From positions 10,788,001 to 10,852,000 of the forward strand of contig NC_043022.1 of NCBI RefSeq assembly GCF_006345805.1: DNA of 64,000 nt. Reading direction: 5' to 3'. A program made the position numbers and the translations under genes. Shown piece after piece: positions 50,660-62,957 of this stretch (position 1 is the first letter of the stretch; each line of letters opens with the position of its first letter). This stretch comes from Octopus sinensis. Lineage: Eukaryota. A model generated the notes under the pieces. The model was not told where the DNA came from and made no database searches. It saw nothing but the letters and a program-made list of their open reading frames with translations.

Positions 50660-50880
50660 AATAACAGTTTCAAATGTTGGCACAAGGCCAGCAATTTTCT
50701 GCAGGAGGGGAAAGTCGATGACATCAACCTCAGTGCTCACCTGATACTTATTTTATTGGCCCTGCAAGGATGAAAGCAGTGTTAACCTTGTTGGAATTTG
50801 AACTTGGAAAGTAAAAAAATCAAGAGAAATGTTGCTAAGCATTTTACCTGATGCACTAATGATTCTGCCAGCTTATTGCC
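50660..50880 (-). mobile_element. SINE family C
   Basis: Diverged tail-core-head on the minus strand. Confidence 0.7.
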
Positions 50881-51661
50881 TTTGAAACAGTGGTAGTAAT
50901 AATAGAACAAAGCTAGTTTATTATCTGCACTCCCCTCCTCTTCTCGTACCACCACACCCCAAAACCACACCATCACTCGAGTTTTTGTTTTGTTTTGTAT
51001 CATTAAATGATATCTTTGTAGTTTTGTCCCTCTTCATTTAATTATGCTGCCAAACCCTTTTATTAACCTTATAAAAACTGAATTATCAATATGTACTCAT
51101 CCCTATCAATTTTATTATTTTAGTTTAAAAGTAAGGAGTGCATTTGTAAAAAAATGCATGCATGCACTCACATACGCACGCATGTACGTATGCATGTATA
51201 TGTGTATTTAGATGTCGGTATACAATTACAAAGCAGAATTCTGTGTGTTTTCACCTAACATGTAATATGTCTGATTAACTAACCGTTCTATATCTAATTC
51301 TTTGATGTTCTGGTTTGTGGAGAAATTATTCTGTTATGAATGAAATTTGTTCCGAGTGTTTGAATCCTGGAGAAATGTTCTGCAATAAGTGTGTTTACAG
51401 ATTCGAGATCTTTTGATTTCAAGAAGCTATTGAATTTCTGAAAGCAATGCTTCTTTGCTAAAGCAGTCTGTAAAATATATAACTATTCACCACTCTATAG
51501 TTGTCTATATAACTTGTATTAAGTCCTCTTGGATTTCTGGTCTCTTTGATTCAAGAATTTTCATAGATTTGTCTGTCTGTTTGTCTGTCTCTTCATAAAT
51601 ATATATTAATATTTGGTTTATGCATTGTGAAGCTAATAACCTGGTCTTCAGACTTATATAT

Positions 51662-52031
51662 AGGCGCTGGAGTGGCCGTGTGGTAAGTAGCTTGCTTACC
51701 AGACGCGTGGTTCCGGGTTCAGTCCCACTGTGTGGCGCCTTGGGCAAGTGTCTTCTACTATAGCTTCAGGCCGACCAAAGCCTTGTGAGTGGATTTGGCA
51801 GGCGGAAACTGAAAGAAACCCGTCGTATATATGTGTGTTTATGTTTGTCCCCCCAACATTGCTTGACAACCGATGCTGGTGTGTTTCCGTCCCTGTAACT
51901 TAGCGGTTAGGCAAAAGAGATCGATGGAATAAGTATTGGGCTTACAAATAATAAGACCTGGGGTCGATTTGCTCAACTAAAGCCAGTGCTCCAGCATGGC
52001 CACAGTCAAATGACTGAAACAAGTAAAAGAA
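51662..52031 (+). mobile_element. SINE family A, near full length, flanked by (TA)n
   Basis: aggcgctggagtggccgtgtggtaag...ccgggttcagtccc...gtcaaatgactgaaacaagtaaaaga; TA runs on both sides. Confidence 0.9.
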
Positions 52032-52974
52032 TATATATATATATATATATATATATATGCTTCAGAACATGTTTGAATCTCTGATGAAGCTATAGGTTGA
52101 TACTCAAGTACTGTTTACAGGGAAGGGTTGGTGCGGGACAAAGAAGTGCCTAGTTGTTCTTCTTGTCTTCGATGTCTGATCTCTGCCTCTCAATGTCTTA
52201 TTTTTGGTAGAATATGGAAATAAATGATTGGTACTCTGTTGTACTCTGAGTATTATTCCAGTTGTTCAAGCAACTGAAACCACCAGCTCAGTGTCTTAGC
52301 ATGTCAGTGGTTGAGTATTCCACACTCTTATACTCTTAACATAATCTCCATGCAAAACTGAAGATTGTAGGGTTTATTTTGCAACAAATTTAGCTGCTAT
52401 TTCTGTGGCCACATAATGGCCCCCGTCTTTGGATTTTAACGATGATGATAATCATCAAGACATTAGCAATGATACAATATTGATGATGATGATGATGATG
52501 ATTTTGATGACTCCACTTGTTTGTTTAATACAGTTCAGTTTTGTTTACAGCTTTCTCTTTTGTGGTATTGGTAATGGCAGTGGGGTGGGGTGGGGCGTGG
52601 CTGATAGTGGCTGCTGATGATGATAGCAGTGATGATGTTGATGATGATGAGAGAACAAGGGGCGGTGTTGCTGGCAGTAAATGACTGACTGTAATTTGGT
52701 ACAAGCAGGGAACATGATCACTTAATTGCTTTCTGGCAACTGCATTTTCAGTAAATACATACGTGTACGTACATACATACATACATACATGCACGCATTC
52801 TTGTATTTGTAACCCCACCCCCCTTAAACCGCCCTCCAACCACATACGCACTCCACTCGCAAACAAAGATAAACAAAAAGAATCTCTTATCTTGACTGCT
52901 TCTAATCATATATACACACACACACGATGTATAGAAATGTGTGTGTGTGTGTGTGTGTGCTTATATATATATGT

Positions 52975-53395
52975 CTTGTCTTTTACTTGTTTCAGCTATG
53001 ACTGTGGCCATGCTGGGGCACTGTCTTGAGTTTCAGCCAAACAAAATGACCCCAGTAGTTATTTTTTAATGCCTAAGGCTTATTCTGCCAAACCGTTACA
53101 TCACAAGAATGTAAATAAACCAACACCGGTTGTCCAATTGTAGCGGGGGGCAAACATATGCAACACACACGCATGCTACACATATGCATATGCAGCACAT
53201 ACACATGCAGTACATATGCCCACACGCAGTACATGCACACAACTAACAATACATGCACACGCCACACAAACACACACACCTACACACATGATAGGCTTCT
53301 TTCAGTTTCTGTCTATCAAATGCATTGCAAAGGGTTTGTTTGGCCCAGTGCTATAGTAACAGATGTGTTCAAGGTGCCACACAGTTGGACTGAAT
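52975..53395 (-). mobile_element. SINE family A with an expanded degenerate CA tract
   Basis: Tail and core are separated by about 140 bp of degenerate CA/CATG repeat. Confidence 0.75.
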
Positions 53396-53876
53396 CTATG
53401 TACATATGTGTGTATGTGTGTATATATTAAGATAAATGCGTGTGCATGTGTGCAAACATTAATCCAAACATGTTTGGGTTTTTTTCAGTTACAGATTTTG
53501 TCTCCATTGACAAACTTGCATACAGTCGTCTTGGTCTCTCCATTAGTTTCACTCAGAAAACTTTGGCTGATCCATGGCTGTGGTAAGAGACTTATCCAAG
53601 ATGACATACCTAGGAGGATCAGACTTAGGTCCTTGTGGTTGTGAAACAAGGTTAACCACTTGGCCATACCAGTACCCCACCGCTCCTTTCTATATAGACA
53701 CAATTACATAGATGCACCCACCCACCCACACACATGTGTAGCATACATGTAGATACCAATGCACACACAGATACATAGACACTAACACTCAGATATACAA
53801 CACTGACACACACACACACATACACACACACAAAAAGTAAATTACTTTCCAATTGCGACTTCATGTCTTCTGAAAC

Positions 53877-53907
<31 letters not shown>

Positions 53908-54534
53908 CTGCATTGTTTTGAGAGGAGATCAGTTTTGTAGGAAGGGCAAATAAAATGCAGTTTGTGCGTGTTATGGTTGTCTCTGTGTTTGGACATGTCT
54001 CAGAGCATGTATGTGTATATCTCTGTATGTTGGTGTCCCTTCATGTCTCTTGGCATACATACATACATGCATATATACATGAAACCTATACACATATACA
54101 TGAAACCTACAAATACATGAAACACACATATACATTCATAAAACGTACATATAAATACTTCAATCACATTATACATACATCCATGTTTTACCCTCCACCC
54201 GTCGTCCATCCAACATATTGTGTTTCTATCCGCCTAACTTCTCAGTTTCTGCTTTAAACAGCAGAACAAAAAACAACATCAACACTGGAATCGGCTAAAA
54301 GAACGTAAAGACAAAAACCTGGCAATGGTGCTTGTCTCTTAATGTTATTTATGGAAATATAATACAGCAACTATATTGAATGCACATCGTACACACACTG
54401 TTGCTGTCGTTGTTTAGCCCTTGGTCAAGTCTTGATTGAGAAGAACTATGATCAAAGTCGTGTGGTCATTCTATTCTCTTTTTTTTTTTTTTCAAGGTAC
54501 AGTGTGTATACAATAAAAAAAATAAATGCTCCCT

Positions 54535-54710
54535 TTTTAAAGCCTAGCCAGGCTCATGGGCCCGGTTTCCCGGTCTCAATGGCATATATGTTCCCCAGCT
54601 AGATGGGATGCCAGTTCATCACAGCGTTACTCATTTTTGCCAGCTGAGTGGACTGAAGCAACGTGAAATTAAGTGTTTTGCTCAAGAACACAATGCGTCA
54701 CTCGGTCCAA
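54535..54710 (-). mobile_element. SINE fragment related to families E/F (V-domain-like core)
   Basis: Reverse complement: gtgttcttgagcaaaacact...gcttcagtccactcagctgg...gtgatgaactggcatcccatctagctgggg...gggaaaccgggcccatgagcc. Confidence 0.7.
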
Positions 54711-55382
54711 CTGTACAGAAAGCAAGACAAAGAAACAGGTGAGGGAGCAACAAGCAGGTTTATTAGTTTAATGCTCAGGAAAAATGGAAAAATCTTTAAG
54801 GGATGAAAGGAAACAAGTGGAGAAAGAAAATGTGATGTGATTAATGGTTCCATGGTTGATAAAGTGTGTGTGTGTGTGTGTGTATAATTATGTATATATG
54901 TGTGTTTGTTTCTATGTGTTTGTCTTTGCAATTGCTTGGATACTGAAGTGTTGACATTGGAAAAGTTAGGCAGCCCAGCAAGTTAACATGAAAAGGTATG
55001 GAATAAAATACCATAGTTGAACACAAGGGCTGGCATTGAGAAGGGCATCCAGACGTAGGATACTGACTGAAGAAGTCATGTCTAACTTATACTGGTGTGG
55101 AAATGCAAAAGGAAGAATGTTATTCGATTGAAAAAATTAGAGGAGAATGGAGGACATCATTAAAACATTTGACATTCATTCATCATCATCATCACTACTA
55201 ACAACAACATTAACCGTTTCAAGCTAATAAGGGAGCTTTTATGTGGTCGTTTGACTCTTAAATTACAATCTTGAAAATGGGAAGGACATAATGGATAATG
55301 TATTCCTAGGTACCCATAGAAAAAAAAACAGCTGAAACACCTTTCATCATAGATCTGCTCAGTCAGGGTTGAGCTGGGTTAA

Positions 55383-55421
<39 letters not shown>

Positions 55422-56298
55422 GCTACTGTTGCTGCTATCTTTCCCTGCTAACATAGCTTAGATGTGGTGGTATAGATATAGATCACCATCCTTCAGTGGC
55501 ATTTGTCATACTCTTACCTTCTCTGGTCATCTTCCTTTGTCACAAGTACACACTCTCTCTCTATCTCTCTCTCACACACACAAAACTATTTTATTCTACA
55601 GGTGTCATCCCTACTATCCATTACATATCTTTTCCACCACAGACTCTTCTTCTTTCCTTGTTCCTGTGTGTGGATGTAATTTCTGTAAATCCAGTCACCA
55701 CCACAAACTAATCAAGTGATTAAGTTCTCTGCCAATTACTGGAATTGTAGCCACCACCACCACTACTACGAAGACCATCATTGTTCTGGGCTGTCTGATG
55801 ATACCTTTATTGTGGTCAGCTGTTTTCTCAGTTTGCTAGTTTTCAACCTTTTAAGTCAAGTTAATACACGGACATCACAGCCATCACTTTTTCTCTTCAG
55901 CTTCCACAACCCATGTCCAGCCAACAGGGAAGCCTCTATACAGCCTTTCAACCTTCTAAAAATACCAACCAAGTCTCCCACAAATCACACCTGTTGTCTT
56001 GAAAATAGGACACATTTGATAATGGCAAGATTTGATTTAAGGGACATTTGGTTGCTATTTCTAGCATGTCCATCGACCATGTAAAAAGATTTGAGGATCA
56101 TACAGAGATATTGTTGCTTAGCCTCTTCCCATACCCCCTGATCAACCTTCATTGATTAGACCTATTATCAAAGGCACTCCAGTTCTGACCATCTTGGTCT
56201 TTCTGTATACCAGGAACCACATTATCTGTTTCTCTTTTTTACTAAGGGTTTAAGAAAAATCAGTTGTTAATTCTAGCCAGTTGAGTAACAGTTTAGAG

Positions 56299-56472
56299 TA
56301 GTGTTTGTCAACCCCTTTGATATCTGGACCAGATCCCAAATCTGGATTTTTTCTTAGGGGGCTGCTCGAAAAAAAAGTAAAACAAGTCAATTAATGAAAA
56401 ATCTCTTATTTATAGAGGGAAGATCATGAAGGGCCATATGAGGCTGTGAGAGCCATGGTGGAGCACTTCTGA
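56299..56472. mobile_element. hAT-type MITE, diverged
   Basis: Starts tagtgtttgtcaacc after gtttagag; degenerate right end followed by attcagag. Confidence 0.5.
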
Positions 56473-56914
56473 TTCAGAGTCTTCCTGATTTGTTGATAGG
56501 GAATGAAGGAGCAGAGTTGATAGGGCTTCATGTTTCATTGGCCCTGCAGTGCAACATCAGTGATTTGGAATACAGCCACAAGGCCTCACAATTCCAGGGG
56601 AGCCTTAGTCAGTTAAATCACTCCTGTACTTGATTGGTACTTTGTTTCTATGAACCTAGGAAGTTGATCTTGGTAGGATTTGAACTCTGAACATACAGAG
56701 TTGGAATACATATTTACCTCAAGATATTTTGAATCTACCAATCCACCATTATTTATTTTATCTCATCTTTAGTAATTTATTTTATTTTGCAAATACAAGT
56801 AGTTGAAATGGGGTTCTTCTGAAAAATCTCTGGAGTAGTGTTACTCAACAGACAGCATAGCTCAGAAGTCAGTAAGACTCTCCAGGTTGAGCCACCACTG
56901 CCTTGTTTTAAGAG

Positions 56915-57590
56915 ATCCCATCATCTCTAGTAATATGGACATGTGGTTAGAATGTGACAGGAAAGAATCACATGACAAGATTCTTCAAGTTGAGCCAACC
57001 AGCAGGAGACCAAAGAGTAGATAAAAAATTAGATGGTTGGGTAATATTCAACATCTCAGTTGGTTTTGTTTGGAATTCCTGCTGGAAAGTTGAATGCTGG
57101 TTGCTTCTGATCCTTTGAAGGAAATACCTGAGGACTTGAATCCCTACAACCCTCCTAGGAAGAGAGGGTGGTAAAGACAGATGGAGGTATAAGAATGTTA
57201 CAAGGCGGACCTTTTGAAGCCAAGTCAACCGGCAAGTGATCTAGGGAGAGGCCATGTATGGATGAGATGTTTGGGGAATATTGATGGTATCAGTTAAGCT
57301 TGGGGGCTTCCTGCTGGAAAGTCTAGTGACAGTTGCTTCTGATATGATCCTTCAGAAGAAATACCTGAGGACTCTATCCCCACAACCCTCTTGGGGATAT
57401 ATTTATAGAGGGAAGATCATGAAGGGCCATATGAGGCCATGAGAGCCATGGTGGAGTACTGTTGATTCAGGGATAGTGGGGGAACTTCTTTCTCCTCCCT
57501 TAACTATTGACGTTTCCTTTTGTAAATGATCTAGTCCCTTCCCTCTAACCCCTTCTCTCTACAGTTTCCCAGTTACTGTTTAACCCCAGG
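56915..57590 (+). pseudogene. Two tandem RTE LINE 3' end fragments (same family as 16880-17350)
   Basis: catctctagtaatatggacatgtg...gagccaacc...agatggttgg...ttgcttctgat...aaatacctgaggact...acaaccctc occurs twice; then the shared 3' block ttaactattgacgtttcc. Confidence 0.7.
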
Positions 57591-58279
57591 ACAATTCTCT
57601 TCTGACTTGGTGCCTTCAGCCATGACCATCCTGACTTTTTTGTATATCTCTGCTTATCAAAGCTAAGTGTAATTTGAAGGAGATCTGACTGCTGTTTCTA
57701 GCAGTTTGAGACACTTCATAGATTTCCTCTTATTAGTTCTGGCAGTTCCCCAGTTTTAACAGTTGAAATGATGATGTGAGGTTTCAATACCAATTAATGT
57801 AACCAAGATGTCTGTTAATCACCTCCTCCTCCTCCAACACAACGTATGTTTGGCTGTATGTACGTCTGTCTGTCTGTCTATGTTTCTGGATGTGTGTGTG
57901 TGTATATGGATGTTTGTATTAGCAATGAAATAGTTATGTGCTTGTTGTTAGTGCTGTTGATGGTGATGATTGTCTTGGTGGTTGTTGTATTGGTGGTAGT
58001 AGTAGTAGAAGTGGTGGTGGTGGTGTAATTGTAGCGATGGTAGTAGTGGTGGTGACGAGTGTGGTGTTGGAGGTGGTGGTTGTATCTATTTTAAAAACAT
58101 TTAGATTACATCTGTAACAGAAACCTACTTTCAGCCTCCCCATCACCGTCCTCACTATTGTGTGTGTGTGGGTGGGTGTTGGGGGAGGGCCAGAGATTTC
58201 AGGAATCCTCAAAAAAACTACCACTTTTCGACATCTGTATTTTATTTCCTGTTTATATGTTTGAATATAATATGTATAT

Positions 58280-58500
58280 TGTATGTATGTATGCATGTAT
58301 ATATGTGTATATATGTTTAAGTGTGTGTGTGTGTATATATGTATATGTGTGTGTGTCTATATATATGTATGTGTGTGTCTATATGTGTGTGTATGTATTG
58401 TGTGTATATATATATGTGTGTGTATATATATGTATATATATATGTGTGTGTGTGTGTGTTGTGTATATGTATATATAATGTATATTTTTATATACAAGCC
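58280..58500. repeat. Compound (TA)/(TG) microsatellite
   Basis: Directly visible. Confidence 0.9.
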
Positions 58501-59164
58501 CACGTGTGTGCGCGTGTGTGTTTATCTTACATGTAAGTTTTTGTCTGCCACCATCACTGCTGTTACTACTACAAGCAGAAGTATTGTGAAAGGGTTGTGG
58601 GGGAGAGGACAACTTTTTTCCTGCATTCAGCCCCACCCTCCTGATTCTCAACCTACCATATACCCTCCTTCTATTATTATTATTATTATTATTAATATTA
58701 TTATTATTATTACTTTTGTTGTTCATTATCCGACCTTCCACCTCAAAGATAAAATTAGATTTAACATTTTTTTTTTAATGCTAATCTTTTCTCTTCATTC
58801 TGTTTCTATTCTAATCCTACACACACACAATCATAAGTGTGGTGTGGGAGGTATTGAGGGAGGTGGAGGGGGTAGAAGGAATAGATTCCAGAAGAAAATA
58901 AACACACACACACATGTTTGTGTGTGTATTTTCTTCTGGAATCTATTCCTTCCCCTTCCCCTCAAAACCATCACCACACCACACCACAATATCTAACCTT
59001 CTTCCATCTCCCTGCACTGTCCCCCCCTCTCTCTCTCTCTCTCTCGATTCCTTTTACTTCCTTTTCATAAATTCTACTTTCAGAAAAAGAGAGAGCTAGA
59101 TAGATAGATAGGTAGAGAGTGGGGGAGAAGCATGTATATAAATTTAGCATTCCCAGGCCATTAT

Positions 59165-59207
<43 letters not shown>

Positions 59208-59460
59208 CCACTTCTGGGAATAACATTATATATTGTTGTCTTTCTTCATACTCGTCCTTCTATCTTTCTTTACTCCACTTTAAATGTCTGTTTACAAATC
59301 CTTCACAATATGAAATGTATGGTGCAGCCACCTTTCCTGTTATTCACTCAAGATACTGCTTGTTGGGTTTATTTATCTGATGACTTGGTGGCCACATGGT
59401 AAGCTGGCTAGCTTTTTTCTGGCAGTTGAAGAATCCTGCACACATAGTTTTGTGTGTCTC

Positions 59461-59491
<31 letters not shown>

Positions 59492-59492
<1 letters not shown>

Positions 59493-59882
59493 CTCTCTTT
59501 TACTTGTTTCAGTCATTTGACTGGCCATGCTGGAGCACCGCCTTTAATCGAGCAACTCGACCCCGGGACTTATTCTTTTGTAAGCCTAGTACTTATTCTA
59601 TCGGTCACGTTTGCCGAACTGCTAAGTAACAGGGACATAAACACACCAGCATCGGTTGTCAAGCAATGCTAGGGGACAAACACACACACGCATATATATA
59701 TATATATATACACATATATACGACAGGCTTCTTTCAGTTTCCGTCTACCAAATCCACTCACAAGGCTTTGGTTGGCCCGAGGCTATAGTAGAAGACACTT
59801 GCAACAAGGTGCCATGCAGTGGGACTGAACCCGGAACCATGTGGTTGGTAGACAAGCTACTTACCACAGAGCCACTCCTGCG

Positions 59883-59885
<3 letters not shown>
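59492..59885 (-). mobile_element. SINE family A, young full-length copy in (TA)n
   Basis: Complete from actctcttttacttg to gccactcctgcgcct; CpGs largely intact; TA runs on both sides. Confidence 0.92.
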
Positions 59886-59920
<35 letters not shown>

Positions 59921-60037
59921 GTCAAAATGAGGGTGAAAAAATTGGATATTAATTTAATAACATCAATTTAAACACCAGTGGCCTAGCGTATAAAAGACTG
60001 AGAGTCAGTGTGTGTGTGTATATATATATATATGTAT

Positions 60038-60076
<39 letters not shown>

Positions 60077-60511
60077 ACAAGCGTTGGTGAGGGTGCTCTC
60101 TGTAAACTCCATGGTGTGGTTGGCATTAGGAAGGGCATCCATTTGTAGAAATCAAACCAAAACAGGCTATGGAACCTGTTGTGGCCCCTGGCCTTACCAG
60201 TTCCTCTCAAGCTGTCCAACCCATTACCAACATGGAAAATAGACATTAAATGTTGATAATGACACACACACACACGCGTTTCATTTTGTGTAAAAGACTG
60301 CTTTAATTGGGAATACAACCATGGATTTACAATATAGAATGGTGATAAAATATAACCTTGGACCCTGCCATAAGAATATGCAAAATTATTTTGTAATCTA
60401 AAAACTTTTGTTAGCCTTGTGTATTTGTATTAAAAGAGAGCTTATAAAGTATTTTGCATAGATTAATAAATCCCTCACTAATATCTGTGTGTGTGTGTGT
60501 ATATATATATA

Positions 60512-60726
60512 TGAGGGGGTGCTGAAAAGTTCCTGGCTTTGAGAGTATTGTGTAAGGCCTGGTTGGGTGGGGGGGCAACCTTCTGATTTCTTAATGCTTA
60601 GAAAAAATTAGGATCATTGCAATAAGAACTTGATTCTGAGAGGGAATAAGTTGAATAAAATCATAATTAACTGATCCTCCTGTATTTTATTTTACCTAAA
60701 GCCAGGAACTTTTCAGCACACCTTCG
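60512..60726 (+). mobile_element. Mariner-derived MITE
   Basis: 29-bp TIRs (26/29 identical, inner GTGCTGAAAAGTTCCTGGCTTT perfect), TA on the left; internal remnant LEKI.DHCNK.L.LRG..VE* resembles a mariner transposase C-terminus. Confidence 0.88.
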
Positions 60727-61086
60727 TGTATATATATATCTTTTCATTTAGTGTGTGTGTGTTTCCATGCTGGCTTGGGTTGGATGATTTGACCAGAGCT
60801 GGCAAGCTGGAGTGCTGTACCAAGGTCCAGTCTGATTTGACATGTTTGCTGTGGCTGGATGCCCTTCCTAACACCAGCCACTTTACTGTGTGTGCTCAGT
60901 GCTTCTACATGGCACTGCACGAGTGCCACAAGACTCTTGTAGACCAATCCTCTTCACTAGTGAGTGACCTCCACCATTCTGCTGTGATGTTTGGGTCTTC
61001 TTGAGTACAGTAGTATGGTGCCAGCTATCTCAGTGCTTTGTCATCTTACAGTTCTATATTTAAGAGAGAAGGAATTATATACATTA

Positions 61087-61326
61087 TTTACATTTGACAG
61101 GTATTTGTAGTGGTTAAGAGCGCAGGCTATTAACCCCAAGATTCCAAGTTCGATTCCAAGCAGTGACCTGAACAATAATTATAATAACAATAATATCGAA
61201 AAATGCCTTAGGAATGAGAACCCAGGTTCAAAATTTTCCCAAGACACCCGAAGAAGGCTGGAGGGTATATCAGCCGAAACATTATGTTAACAGCAAACAA
61301 GATGACAAATATCCGTCGAATGTAAA
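61087..61326 (+). mobile_element. Short tRNA-headed element with a Penelope-type hammerhead tail and 22-bp inverted ends
   Basis: A-box-like tagtggttaag, B box agttcgattcc, (AAT)n, then ACAC-CCGAAGA-A-GGCTG-N10-CAGCC-GAAAC-ATT-ATGT (61244-61287); 61087-61108 vs 61305-61326 inverted at 19/22. Confidence 0.65.
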
Positions 61327-62229
61327 CTTTGTCATCTTGTTCAGCATTCCAAGGCCACCCTTCAGTACTTTGTCTCGTGTCTTTTTGGGTCTCCTTCTTC
61401 CACAAATTCTACTTTGTTTTTGTATTAGGCTTGCAAGATTCTTGATGTGAGTTTGTGTACTGAAATAAATCTTGTGTTTTGGGAGGGTCGTTATGCCAAC
61501 AATAATAAACACACACACTGGTTCAGTATCATTTTTTTTTTATTGTTAGTCAATCAGCCAACTATTTAATCAATAGCCAACTATTTAATATAGAAGTGAT
61601 ATTGAACCACTGTGTGTTTATTATTGGCATAATGGCCTTCTCAAGGGTCTGTGTGTATGTGTAAAAAGGTTATTCAGAAAAAGTGAAGTAATCTGCAATA
61701 GGTTGATTTGAACTCAAGATCCTTAAACTGGCAGTGTTGGTCCATATTATGAAGGTTTGCTGCAGGTTTGTGTAAGAGGGAGAAGCTTTCTTCTGTCTCC
61801 TTTCTGATGGTTGGATGGCTATTTTTAGGGTAGATTTTTATCTCTTTCCACAGGTGATGGCTGTCAGTATCTGTTTTCTTGACAGGTGACTAATTTATTT
61901 GCCTTTGACATGCAAAGATACTTTGTGATTGGCGTAGATGACCAGAATTGCTTTTCGTGTTTATGTATAATGTGTGTGTCTGTGTGTGTGTATAATGTAT
62001 TTGATGCTGTGTATATTAATATACTTGTCTGAACAAATTGATTGTGGGTGTTATGTATTTTTGCGTGCATATGGTGATAGTGTGTGTATAATATTTTATT
62101 TCTGTGTGTATAAATGAGGAATGTGGGTGAATGTATAATATAATGTAGATGTGTGAGAGACGATGTGTTTATAATAGCAGTGTGTGTGTAATGTTATATT
62201 TCTATTTTGTTTGTATGCAATGAATAGTG

Positions 62230-62926
62230 TGTGTTTGTACTACTCTTGTATTTGCATGTGTGTATATATATGTGTGTATGTATGTATGTGTGTGTGTGTG
62301 TGTATATATATATGTGTATATATATATGTGTGTATGTATGTGTGTGTATATATTATGTATGTGTGTGTGTGTGTGTATATATATATGTGTATATATATAT
62401 GTGTGTATGTATGTGTGTGTATATATGTATGTATGTATGTGTATATATATATGTATGTATGTGTGTATATATATATATGTATGTATATGTGTGTATATAT
62501 ATATATGTATGTATATGTGTGTATATATATATATGTATGTATGTGTGTGTATATATATATATATGTATGTATGTATATATATATGTATGTATGTGTGTAT
62601 ATATATATGTATGTATGTATGTGTGTATATATATATATGTATGTATGTATGTGTGTATATATATATGTATGTATGTATGTGTGTATATATATATGTATGT
62701 ATGTGTGTGTATATATATATGTATGTATGTGTGTGTGTGTATATATATATATGTATGTATGTGTGTGTATATATATATATGTATGTATGTGTGTGTGTAT
62801 ATATATATGTATGTGTGTGTGTATATATATATGTATGTATGTATGTGTGTATATATATATGTATGTATGTATGTGTGTATATATATATGTATGTATGTAT
62901 GTGTGTATATATATATATTATGTATG

Positions 62927-62957
<31 letters not shown>

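Noticed and set aside
2735-59885. Minus-strand excess of SINE A copies as evidence of host gene orientation
   Set aside because: My rough count is about 2:1, fragments are not independent, and SINE orientation bias is a weak indicator.
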